A stretch of DNA of 63,685 bases, counting the filler, from Hausera hauseri (lineage: Eukaryota), in NCBI GenBank assembly GCA_046269625.1. It is 12 parts of 12 records of this genome, joined end to end, with 100 filler letters (N's around TTAATTAATTAA, not from the genome) between each part and the next. Parts side by side here need not be neighbours in the genome. Positions count along the whole stretch, not along the records: positions 4,627 to 13,363 come from JBJURY010552116.1; positions 13,464 to 18,131 come from JBJURY010482687.1; positions 18,232 to 22,420 come from JBJURY010712104.1; positions 22,521 to 27,903 come from JBJURY010266063.1; 8 more parts are not named here. One strand, given 5' to 3'. A program made the position numbers and the translations under genes. Of the stretch, positions 12,401-25,500 are shown piece by piece (the first letter of the stretch is position 1; each line of letters opens with the position of its first letter). The notes beneath the pieces were generated by a model. That model was given only the letters and a program-made list of their open reading frames with translations. It was not told where the DNA came from and did not search any database.

Positions 12401-14040
12401 GATTATAGAAACAAAAAACGAAATTTACTTCATGTATCAAATTACCTGATAATTTTATCAAAGCACGTTTATCAATTTTAAATAATGCCATATTGTATAC
12501 ATCAATGAATTTAAACAAATTTCAATTGGACTAATTTTAAAGCCCTTGCGTTAAAAAATGATCACACGCTTATTATATATTTGCGTATTAGGAGGATTTT
12601 AATTCACTATTGTATTAAGCATATTAAATTAGCAATTCACCGAAACAAGGCTCTATCGATATTTTAGGAATGCATTTGTCTTGTAGAACATATATGGTTC
12701 TTTGATCCATTTGTAAAGCGAAATATTATAAAACGACTGGAATGCATGAATGTCCATTTTTGAACTTGAACAATTTGCATGAAAATAATAAATTTACTTG
12801 TGATATGGAAAAGGAGAATAAAATTTCATTTTCGGATATACAGGCTGTTTTTTAAGACTCCGTAGTTCCAATAATTTGTATTTGCTTTTACAGTTCATGA
12901 ATGTGTGAAAAAATTATTGCGAGTGTGTATTCGTGCAAACACATAATGTTGAAATGCACATTCTGTTTAATTCCAATTTGGGTACTTACATTCATGTTGA
13001 AACAGTTTATCGTGAACAGTTTCATTATCATTCATTAACAATTTAGTGTAATTTTTATATTGACTATATATGATAATTCCTCATCACACACATACATAAT
13101 TTTAACAATGGATTTTGTAATTTGATTAATTTGTATTTTCAAACATGGATGTAAGATAGTTAGATATAGGTCGAATTAATTAATTCTAAGTTAATCAACA
13201 GGCGAAACAAATTATAAGATTCGCAATTCTCAAAAAAACCCAAAGAACACCGAATAGAAATGGAACATTCGGACTTACCTCCATCTAAAGAGTCGAGTGA
13301 AAAAGAAAATGGAGAAACAGCAGCAACAAACGCAAATCGACATGTTGGTCAAAGAAATAAACANNNNNNNNNNNNNNNNNNNNNNNNNNNNNNNNNNNNN
13401 NNNNNNNTTAATTAATTAANNNNNNNNNNNNNNNNNNNNNNNNNNNNNNNNNNNNNNNNNNNNTATGCGTGCCTGCTGTTCAACCCCTCTCCATATCGTT
13501 TCTGACCATACCCCGCCCTTTTGTAATTGTCGGTATACTTATATTGACCTCTTCTGCTCTTGTCCAATTTTGTATAGCATTCTTCTTCTCTGTAATTATA
13601 AAATTTTCATTGATATTCTGCGTAATATTCAAAATTATATGCGGTATACAGTTATGAATATTGCTCAGAAAATCAACCAACACTTTATAGTTACTTCTAA
13701 AATTGTCTATTATGTTTAATGTATTATATTTAATGTTTTTCGAGTGCCCAATATTTATGAAATTGCGACTATCAGGACGTTTTTCCACATTGTACATTAC
13801 TTCAGTGTTCATTCATTTCCTGTCCAAAAATAATAACAAACAAAAAATCTTGTGCCAATGAAGTCATAATACGACAACATTTCCTCACTACAGATGAAAA
13901 TTTGAGCTTAACAAAAAAAGGGAATGCATGAAGAAAACACCATAAATTCGTATATTAAAAGAACATTAGCTCGAGAACAGGAACGAAAATTTTGTAATAA
14001 TTAATGTACTGTCATCAGTGTGTTACGGGAATTCATTAAG

Positions 14041-17000
14041 GCATATGGCGATTGTTTTCCGACCATAATTCCACAAACACCGTTTCATGGATTCCGTTAA
14101 ACGGAAATTCCGATACTAATAACATCGAATGCCGAATATATAATTCATCAAAACACACGAAGCTGTTTATTCACGAACATCAAGATCCGCAAGAAGTAAT
14201 ATTGGATCAGCTATTTTCCTCGGGAAACTTTTCCAAACGTGCCATAATCAACACGATAAATGTTTGTTGGAAAATCGTACTAAATTGTAACTGATATGGC
14301 ATTTTGTAGAAATTTCGAGATCCAGATAATTTGGTATTGCCAATTGTTAATATAGATGAGTTAAAACGAGAAATTGTTCTAATGGTGGAAAATCGCGTTG
14401 AGAACGAATTACTTGGGTACATGGAAAACGAAGCCGAGGTCGACGTGATTGAGCTTAACCACAAACAGTGGCATAGTATTTACCAAGAAGTTGTGGCAGA
14501 ACATGTCATCATTATGGAGCCGGTTGGCCTGATGTCGGTGGCTGGCACGATTGGCATCAATCGGCGAGGTACGATCTCTCTACTGCGTCGAGGGTTCCAT
14601 CTGGAACAATTTGTGTCCACCGGGATTATTGCTGACAGCATGAAAGGATTTTTCGGTAGTTGTAACGAGTTCTAACTATTCATGATAACATCGGATAGAG
14701 TTATCATTCACTGTGCCAGTACGAACACTAACAAAATATCTCTATGAATGTTCCCTGTCCATTCAAGCATCCGAACATTGGAACGCCATGTTGTATAGAC
14801 TGATGAAAATGGGCTGTAATCCAATCGAAGTCGTCCATGACATTGTGCTGATTAGTCCAGAGTTGCCGACTATCATCAATACACGAATTGAGAACCAGCC
14901 TACCATCATCGAGAAAACCGTAGCAATGCTGGAAACGATCGATATGTTCGACGATTCCATGCGACAAATTGACAATGGTGATTTGTCGTTCTCTTCCAAA
15001 ACTTTTTCCGTACTTTTAAATCTAGACACCCAATTGGACCCACTTCGTCTGTCGTTCTTTGGCAACAGTTTGTTACACTCAGCACTCTGTCAGTTGATCC
15101 GCGACCGAATAACTCTGTCTCTGTCATTGTTGGCGCTCATTGAACCGAGGGTAAATTGGCGATTTCCATTCTGAGTCATGGCAATTCGAGTCTTTTTTCT
15201 AGATTATCAATAGTCCCCAAAGTGTCTACTTAACCGGTCTTGTCACACGTCTCGTCCGACTCATCAAATTCCTCTTGTCCGTCTACATGTTACTCACTGT
15301 CCGTCACATGCAAACCGGTGATCTAACGTACGTCTGTTTGTCCGACAATTACCGTCGTTGTTAACCACTTCCTATCCAAATTCAGTGACATTCAAAAGAA
15401 CCAACTCAATTGTCTGAATCTGCTGGAACAGAGAGTGACGAACATCAGCGGTACCGATGTTCTCTATCTGCGAGTGATGCAGTCAATGAAATCCCAACTG
15501 CAGATTAGTTATCGCCAAACCGACACGTGGCAATGTCGACTCATGGCCGAAATCAAAATCGTCCTGTCGTGTCTGAATCCCGATGGTGGTGATTCAACGG
15601 GTCTCTGTCGAATATCGTCGTATTTCCTGTCGTATAATATGGTGAGTAGTATTCATTTCCAAACTCGCCTAAATCCATCTCGCCGTCAGCCACTGCAATT
15701 ACTCGACTATCTCCAGTTCTTATCGTCATCAAAACCCAGCCATTGGTGGCACGGTGATTTGAGTATAGTAACGGCATTGAGCGGACTTTGTTTCTGCCAA
15801 ATCGGTAAACCGTGGAAAGCCGTCGAACTGATGATTGAGTGTGTGTACCAATGCGATATTTCATCGTCACAATTGCCCGGTGTTATTCTATCCGATGCCG
15901 ATTGTTATCAGGTGGATACGGTGGGCAAATTGCGTATCGCAGTCATGTTGAAGGTATCGATAATTGACGAGAGAATATCGTACTGAATATCTCATTCAGC
16001 TGATCGACGTTATCAGCGATATTGACAATGGCGAATGTCTCGTCGTGACGTTGGTTCACAGTGCACTCGCCGAATTGGACGATGACGATGAGTCATTGTA
16101 TCGGTATCGATCGATTCTATTTAACATTCTATTCGAGAGTTATCTGGCATTGAATAACGTCAATGAGGCATGGTCAGCACTCATTCGCAATCCGGATACG
16201 GACAAGTACGATTTGTTTGGGTTTTTATTAGACGGTCGCTTATTGTTGACGAACAGGCAGCGAAATTGTTTACGGCAATTCGTTATGGCATTATTCACCA
16301 AGAAAGATCACGAATCGCTAGTTCAATTCGACTACAAACATCTGAAATCGGAGGTGGGCATTGCCGATGGCGAACATTTTCACATTCGTATTTCAGTTCG
16401 TCAGTATCGTTGCCGGATGTGCGCGTACGTCGGATGTTGCCGACTGTGCGTTCTACAACGTGCTGTTTGCGTACTACATCAACAACGGTGACTATTGGGC
16501 GGCGGCACAGTCCGTGTTGGAACAGGCATTACGATTGGACGAATATCTCGTCAGCGAGGCTGGCCGAATGCCTGTCGGATTGATTATTGACAGCTTACAG
16601 AAACAGATGCGTATGTATCTGTGCTGTATTAGCACGTGTGACATTTTGCCACGTCAACAACAACTGTTCGTGTTTCCGGTGCGATTGGCGAGAGGAATTC
16701 TCGCTGACAATGAATTGGACAGTTCATTGGATAACCGGATGGATATGTCTGTGGTTTCCAACGATGAGCAAATGGATGACGTTGCCGATGAAAGTGGAGA
16801 ACATGAGCGAAATGTGATCAGCGTGAACGACGTCAAACGTCAGTATCTGTTGGTGAAATGTCGACTGAAGATCATCCGCGAGAATGCCGATAGCGGATTC
16901 GTCAAGAGCGGTAAATTGACGGCGAATCTCATTCTGTCGAGTCTTTTGAAATTGGGATTCTATTGGGTAAATATTCACCCCGACGACGATGACCATTTCT

Positions 17001-17739
17001 CATCTAGGATGCCATTTCAGTATGCGAACAGTTCGCCATCTCGCTGGATTCTGTTATATCCGTCATCGCTTCCCGTTGTGCACAGGCCTGTCGTAATTGC
17101 TTGGACCGGCCAATTTTAAAGGAAAAAGAGAACGTTGTCGACACGCTGGAGGAAATGGACAAAACGACAGACTATTTGTCATTCGGCAATTTGTCGAAAC
17201 TCATGTGGAAATTGTTGCAGGAAGTGTTGCGGAGATTTGATCGCAGTCCGGCCGGAGATCTCTATATTAAAGCTTGTAAAAAGCTGCTGCACAGCGGCAT
17301 TGACCAGCTTCCATCGTGGCTGGTGGACACCATCGTAGATCAGAAACATTCGGCAGGACCGCTGATACGATTGTTCATTCAATACGGTCATTTGGAGCCT
17401 GCTGTGGATCTGGCAATGCGTGTTCTGTGTGGCCGAGTTGATGAGATTTGTGCGATGCAGGAAGTGGCTGCCATGACGACTATCGGTGTTGTGTCACCAC
17501 CACCGCAAATGGCGTGGGTCAATTATACTGTTCTGTTGCGGTTGCTCGATATTCTTGATCACATGCGCCATCAGAATATCGATGGATCTGCGGTATTCAA
17601 CTGACTCATTGCATCTGCTGTTTGTTTTTTATCTCGTCACTTTTAGGAACTGTTCGAGAAACTTGACGATAAATTCAAATTGGTGGCCGTTCTCGTCCAA
17701 CAAACTCCATCTCTTAGGGCGTCCATCGAATATCACTAG
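14041..17739 (+). CDS. NUP160: Nucleoporin NUP160, 3' portion (11 exons; N-terminal exons not found)
   Basis: GT-AG introns at 14262-14309, 14656-14698, 15151-15202, 15328-15385, 15642-15689, 15954-15999, 16206-16256, 16354-16396, 16967-17007 and 17593-17646 give one open frame to TAG 17737-17739. Motifs AWSALIRNPD..KQRNCLRQFV, FYNVLFAYYINNGDY..AA, LQKQ..YL, LPSWLV, LIRLFIQYG.LE.AVDL match Nup160. AATAAA at 17781. Confidence 0.9.
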
Positions 17740-20700
17740 ATGTCGTTGATTAATGTGTTGTATAGTGTGTTTTTCTGTCAAATAAAATTGTGTTGTTGAC
17801 TCCATATTTCACCAAATATTCTTGTATAAATTTCTTGGAATTTTAATTAATGTGAACGATATTCACAAAATTGTGAGCTGTACTCACTATCAGCTTAATT
17901 CAACTGATTCACTACAAAACATCTCAAAGATTGACAGGATAAAATTATATAAAATGCAAATTTCTATTTCTATTTAGAAATTTAACAGTAGTTTTATTTC
18001 ATGAAATTATTTATAGATAAATAGAATTTCTCAATTTTGACCTATTTTAGACCTTCATTCAAATCGGATTTATGCCTTAAGTATACAACTTTTGACCTAG
18101 ATTTGTTTTATTCGTTATAGAGGAGAAACTGNNNNNNNNNNNNNNNNNNNNNNNNNNNNNNNNNNNNNNNNNNNNTTAATTAATTAANNNNNNNNNNNNN
18201 NNNNNNNNNNNNNNNNNNNNNNNNNNNNNNNAGCCACTATATCTCAGACCAGGGAGATCTTAATAAATAATTCATACATAAACCATTTTTATTAACACTC
18301 AACAGTAATTTAATCATCAATAGTATATGGTCGTGGATTTCTCCACTCATCAGGCCAATCATTGACATCTTCGTCTATCACGAGTCTAATTGACGTTCGA
18401 CTATCGGTATTTAAATATATTACTAAACCTCCTGACGAGTAGAAGTCCACATGCTCAAAATAAGAGAAACATAATTGATAAATTTTTAGATGTTTCGTGA
18501 TGCAGATCTGGCAGAACGCATGCTGTCAGGGAAGTACTGCTATATTGTCTGCTACTAACTGAAAACATCCAACAAAATGTACACATCCTCCGACAGCAAG
18601 GGCAAGTGGTTTGCGCTGTCAATCATGCATAGATACAAGAGCGACAGTACTGATGATTACAAGGTAATATTATCCTTTCCTCGATTTTGACCCCTAGACA
18701 AATGGGGCAAGTTTCTACAAAAAAGGCCAAAATTAATTTCCATTTTAACATATCAGTCTTAGATAAATAGTTATTAATATCAAATTTCATTATCATTCAC
18801 TTAAAATAATATATTTGTTTCTTCAATATCGTTCCACGTTAATGCATATATCGGACAAATCCAACAATTTCTCCGCATTTATTGCATTTAAATTGATTTT
18901 CTTTTTGCTTCAAATTCCTGATAAAGTTACATAATGGGCATGAATTCTTATCTTGTTTTTGGATCTGCTTTTGCCATGTAACGCATGCTAAATTAATATA
19001 ATCAGTTTGCAAATTATCATCATTATAATCATTCTTCTTTCACTTATTATTATTCAGTTCTAATGTTCATCTCTTTTCCTTAAACGGAAAAATAAATCTC
19101 TTAGTATAGTATAAACCTACAACTCCTTCATTACTATTCAGATTTTTTTCTCGTTTATTTCTTATGTTTCTTTTATGTTCCCTTTTTTTCCATTATTCTT
19201 AAACCATCAAAATTCACACAAACGAGGCATTATTTTCCTTACATTATGGCTATATACGTTGAATGCCGTTAGATCCTACATATATTCATGGCCTTGGTCT
19301 TCTATATCATCTTCGTCATCAGGAATCACTACTACTGTGGCCCAAAAACACTGATAACTTGTCGTCTTACTTCGACAAAACGGACAAGTCTGATTTCTCC
19401 CCAGCCAATTATCGGCACACTTGACACAAATAATGTGTGTACACCTGAGTAAGGCAAATCTTTGTCCTAATAATCCGTAGAATATTTTGCATTTGACGGC
19501 ATCATATTTTGTATCTATAATTATAAACTATATTATTCTCAATAAAGGATTATATTATGATATTAATTATCCTATTCCTACACGAGTGAATTCCTCACTC
19601 GGGGCATTAGTTTATGTTAGTATTGCACTCGTTTCTCTCTGCACCTACATTCTTGTATTTCGTGAATGTTCCCTTTTCCTTGATTTTATAAATATATACA
19701 TACACACGCAACATTTACCTCGCGTCTAAATAGTTGTACCCATTAAGGTGTAGAGTCGAGCGTGAACACTCTACCAACATATAAAATTTCTCAAGATATA
19801 TTCTGAAGGTGGAGTTCCGGCGGTATGACGGAGAAAACCATCCGGCGCCTCTAAATGACATTGATATAACAACAAGGTATGCTTTACTAAGTTTCCGTTA
19901 TTCGAAAATGCATAGATGTGTATTGTTACGTACAAAGATGTATACTTTTGGGAACATCTAATCTTATTATAAGTACTAATTCCTTTCAATTATTAAATTA
20001 TAACATTATTATTATATGATACATCTCGAGATGATTTTACTTAAGATTTTAAGGTTGAACCTCTTTATTTCCTGCGTACAGACAGGCGTAACAGTAAAAC
20101 GCAGCTCATGGCATCTATCGCAGTAATAAATTAGATCACAAGAAGTTTAATGGACTACTCTTTCTATGGAATAATTCAATTAGATCACATTAATATGACA
20201 AATGTCTATTTACTTGTGTCGCTGACGCGAAATCCATCAAAGTCCTCAGATGCTATATCTATACCATGATTATTGTACGGATACCTAAGGCGAGATGAAT
20301 GATCTTGAATTTAATTACTAAGTTGTCTACATTAATTTACGTTACCTTTGGATAAAAGCTAGTATTTACTATATCGTCAGGTTGATAAGATTTAGATTTA
20401 AATGATGATGTTTTCCTTCACTGATGACGCAACATTCAATCCTGGACATCCACAAGGGTATGATAGGTCGATTATACGTAACTGTAGCCCTTTAGCAATA
20501 TCTTGTGAAAAGAATTTCTTTTTACTATCCTCTATTATCAAAATTAGCTTAAGCATGTTAATTTTAGATTATAAACGTTATCCTAATTATCTTCAATTAG
20601 TAACTGTTATTTTGGTGGTCCTCATTATAACGAACAAAACCAATAGTATTGACATATTGCAATTAATAAACAAATAAGGTTAAGGCTAAGTAAAAATAAC

Positions 20701-22194
20701 AAACAATTGTATTATATGTCAATGAGAACAATCCAAATGGTTAATTTAGAATTTGAGGACAAAATTTCTTTACAATATTCAACACTTCTCAAAGACAGCC
20801 TTCCTTAATACACCTAAAACAAGGGTGGCATCCAATTGTTATTCCCGCAAGGGTTGAATTTCTCGAATAGACATTCCGATAATCGTCATTTGTACCATAA
20901 TCTAATTATCGATGTCACTCAGCCTCATGTTAATACTACTCAACATTACGGTAGGCAATTATCAATAAATTCAAATTTGTCATCGAACGAAAAGGTCTCA
21001 ACGAGTGTTTAATTAGTTCGTATCCACTTCCCGTCATAACTTCACTAGTAGTTGCATTTATCCTTTATCGTCTAAAAGGACTAGATTCATTTTCGTTAAG
21101 CCTTAGCTCAACACAATGTACAATTTATTGATACTCCATAAATTCTATACGACTAACATTTCAACGTGCATAAGTGCAGAGTAGCGCTTTCGTATGAATT
21201 CAATACAGATACTCACCGAATCGGAACATTTCGCTTTCATTTCATAATTTTTGGATATTGCTTTCTTGCTTCTCCAATTCATCGAAGATCCATCTCTCCT
21301 GTTACTAACTTCGGAGATACTGCAAGTGTAATGCAACTAATATACCACGATCGGGCAGATATCCGTTTTTCAACAATTTGATTGACCATGGAAAATAACC
21401 CACCGTCGAAATCCAATTATTATTAAAAGAAACTTTATTTAATGACAAATTATATATACAGTATAGCGGCTAATCATTTTTATTTATAATTACTCATTTC
21501 TACAATTCTTAAGATTATTGTACTATGTAAAACTTCGTAAGAATAATTACCAGGGGAATCATCCTGGGTTCTTGACTGTTCATTTTGTCGGTTGGCCATG
21601 TATAACGCTCAAAGGTTCCTGATTTATTACGAATAGTTCTTAAACTTTCACCCGGTCAATAAATAATTCAATATCGAGGCAACGATCAACAAATTTTTAA
21701 TCTTCTGTATATTCAATTCTATTATTCGTTGTACTACATCATTAAGATAAATTGAACAAATAAAGCTTAACACTTGGTAAGACCACAATGTCTTTCAAAG
21801 AATGATACTTTGCTAAGTGTTAAAAGAAACTGTTTTAATGTGTGTCTGTGTGACAGTTATGTTCAACTTATATAGTGATCATTTACCATCAACTGTCAAC
21901 TTCAAAAATGATTATTATAATGCTTTATTATCAGCTGTCAGATTCCGAAATTAATTTTCATTATTCATACAGTCGATTGTCAAAGTGATCCGTTATCGTC
22001 TGTCAAATTTCAAATTAACTTCTTTTATTCATGCGACTTATTGTCAAATTTCAAAAATAATTTTTATTATTCAGCTGTCAATTGAATTTTATGAAAGCCA
22101 GGAGGCTAGCCACATTAACCTGCCATATGCCATTTGGTTTCAAGCAGAATTCATGTCCCTCATGATACCTCCATGTGATGCAGGCACTTAAGTG

Positions 22195-22420
22195 GTTTAA
22201 TGTTAATGGAGATGGAGGTGCTGTGTGGCTGTGCTTCATAGCCACCGATACACAGTTCCAGGGTTTACCAATCATAGTCGACAAGGATCCTCTGCCCATG
22301 TCTAAGCCTTGATTCTGGGCAAAGATAGGGAAACTTGCTGGTATCCATGGTCTCTAGTTGAGTGCTGGTTCACTTCTAGGAGGCCAAGCATTGAACTACA
22401 GCCTGGAGGACCTCGGTTCA
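22195..22420 (-). repeat. Interspersed repeat fragment shared with 57733-57815
   Basis: Reverse complement reads GACATGGGCAGAG.ATC.TTG...CCACACAGCACCTCCATCTCCA, also present on + at 57734-57811. Confidence 0.6.
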
Positions 22421-22520
22421 NNNNNNNNNNNNNNNNNNNNNNNNNNNNNNNNNNNNNNNNNNNNTTAATTAATTAANNNNNNNNNNNNNNNNNNNNNNNN
22501 NNNNNNNNNNNNNNNNNNNN

Positions 22521-25500
22521 ACGCTGTTCTTAAAATCACGGAACCCTCAATGGACACAATCATACAACGCTTCTTCCACGACAGTGCTATAGGCGCACAA
22601 CGACCATAAGACTTTTTACGCAACTCTTTAGCATATTTACAAACCCTCGGCGTCACTAACGAACACAATCCAGAACTGCTGCGCCACTACTTCCTCAACG
22701 CGTTACCCATCCAAATTCGGGCTCTACTTACCGTAGTGGAGGACTTCACGGCTCTTGAAAAATTGGCCGAATTAGCTGACAAGATACATGACATTCTACA
22801 CCTAAACACTCCACCAATCGTTTCGGCGGCCGTTGCCGCTACCGGTGTCAAAAATAACAACACATCAATAGAGCAACAAATAAATCAGTTACGCGCCGAA
22901 AATACAGCACTACACGCAACAATTAACAATATAAACGACAAATTAAATGAACTTTCCCTGTCCCGGTGAAGGGATTTTGTTGCTAACCGCGCCCATTCTG
23001 CATCTAGAAATCGGTCATTATCGCCTGCGCGGTCGTCTTTCTGCTACTACCATAGCAGATTCAATAAGAATGTTAAGAAATGCTGCCTAGGGTGCAAATT
23101 TTATAATAAAAGTTTTTTCTCAGACACCGTTGTTTGCATCTACCACGCAAAGTTTAAAAACCAAGCTGGAAAATGCATTCCAGGCTGCACTTTCAAACCA
23201 TATACGAACGACGGACGTGCTACCTTTTCTTCTAATAGCCGTCCTAGTTCACCTTTTCAAAAAAACTAAATTTGTCGCCAGAAGTCACGGCAAACTGTGG
23301 CAAAGGAGCTACTATACTTTTTGAATGCCGACACGCCCCTTTTGCTGTCTTTACTCTAAAAGCTGCATTCATGGTTCCTGCAACGCAATTCGTTGATTTC
23401 CTCATTGATAGAGGTGCGGCGATTTCTTTATTACCACAAACTTTTCCTGTACAAAATTCACCATTCAGAATTAAGCCCTTACACACGGCTTCAGGTCAAT
23501 CGCTGCATATTTCTAGCATGGCTAAATTATCTTTTATCTTACCAAAATTTCCTTCACCTTTCCACTGGACGTTCACAATTGCAATTTTAGGGTCAGATTT
23601 TCTATCACATTATAATTTATTGGTTTACTACAGTCAACGATGTCTGAGGAGTGGCATCACTGGCAGTATTACTGAGCATATCAATAACATTTCGACTGCT
23701 GCGTAGTCGATCGAGATGCTAAGATCAATTCTGAGAAAACCAAAAACTACTTTGAATTTTTGTAATATTTCACCCCGTAAATTTTTAAATAATAATATTG
23801 AAATCCAGTTGAGGTTCGATGTCGTCAATTGTGGTACTGTCATTAACGTTAATTCACTTGACGAAATCACTTCATCCAACACTATTTTCAGTTCGACCAT
23901 CTTACACCAAATACCACTTGACTGCACATCACCAAACAATTCACAAATTGCATTCGCTACTACTCAACCTGTTTCACCATCATCACCGAATTTCTCACAG
24001 TTGCCTACAACTTTACAGAAATTCGTCAACACATCATGTCCACGAGTACTCAAGAAAGATCGTACGTTTACTCTTGCCAACAGCACTGTACATCATATAA
24101 TTACACAGCATCAACGACCAATACGCCATAAGGCACGACCACTGTAACCTCGTCATAGACAGGCTGTAGATACCGAATTTCTTGAACGAGAACGCTCCAG
24201 CATTGTTCACCGTTCCAAAGCTCCTTGGTCGTCAACTTTACACGTTGCACAAAAAAGGGACGGTACTTTTAGACCATGCGGTGACTACCGACAGTTGAAT
24301 AATTTGACAATTATGGATGCTTATCCCTTACCACTCATCAATGATATCTCGCATCGCCTTAATTCAACTACCATTTATTCGACCATCGATTTGGCCAAAG
24401 CATACCACCAAATACCGGTGGAACCCGAAGACATAGAAAAAACTGCTGTCACTACTCCTTTTGGCCTCTACGAGTACCTGTTTATGCCATTCGGTTTGCG
24501 AAATGCCTCACAGATTTTTCAGCGACACATTGACTCAATTATCTCAGATTTCCCGTTTGTACACTCTTACATTGATGATATTCTGATTGTTTCGTCTTCG
24601 GCCAAACAACATGAGGAACACCATGGTGCAATATTCCAACGCCTTCAACACCATAATCTCCAAGTCAATTCGACAAATGTTATTTCTTCAAAAAGCGCAT
24701 CAACTTTTTAGGCCACGTTGTTTCACCAGACGGCCACTCGCCTCAACCAGACCGACTTGAAGCCCTTAAAAATATCCTGTTACCACTTACGACCACTGAA
24801 ATGCGCAGCTTCCTCGGTACACTGCACTTTGTACATAAATATGTACCATATTGCTCTGAATTGACAACACCATTTACACAATTAAGCGGCCGCAAAAAAC
24901 ATCAGCCAATCCAGTGGACACCTGAATTGGTTGATAAGTTTGATAAGCTCCGCAAAGGAATTAACACGTCGACATTCTCGCTTTCCCCAAGCCTGATGCG
25001 GAACTCATCCTTACTACAGACGCTTCAACCACTGCGGTAGGTGCTGTACTCCACCAAATCTACAAAGGAGAAAATCAACCGCTGGAATTTTTCTCTCGTA
25101 AGCTAACATCCCCTGAAACTAGGTATTCAACGTTCAATAGAGAATTATTGGCCATCGTTCTTGCTCTAAAGCATTTCTCCCACCTACTTGTCGCTCACCA
25201 TTTTACTATACAAACCGATCACATGCCCTTACTTAACATCATGGCTATGAAACATCTTTCATCACGCCAGGAACGACAGATATCATATCTGTCGATATTT
25301 AACTTCGACATAAAACATATTAACGGGGTTAATAATTTGGTTGCCGACTTTTTATCTAGGTCGGTTGGTTCGATTAATTTTTCACCGATTTTTACGCAAG
25401 CTCAACTTCAACAGAACCAGCCACCTCAGCACATGCTTAATTCTTTCAAGTCTTGCACAATCGTTGACGATGTGGCTTTATACACTTCCAAACCAGGTCA

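Noticed and set aside
13480-13812. 110-aa minus-strand ORF upstream of NUP160
   Set aside because: Asn/Ile-rich AT-driven ORF with no motif recognised.
14728-17391. Many overlapping or antisense ORFs over NUP160
   Set aside because: Shadow ORFs of a GC-richer coding region.
21880-22090. Loose repeats of CTGTCAAATTTCAAA / TCAGCTGTCA
   Set aside because: Short, degenerate and AT-rich with irregular spacing; no spacer structure.
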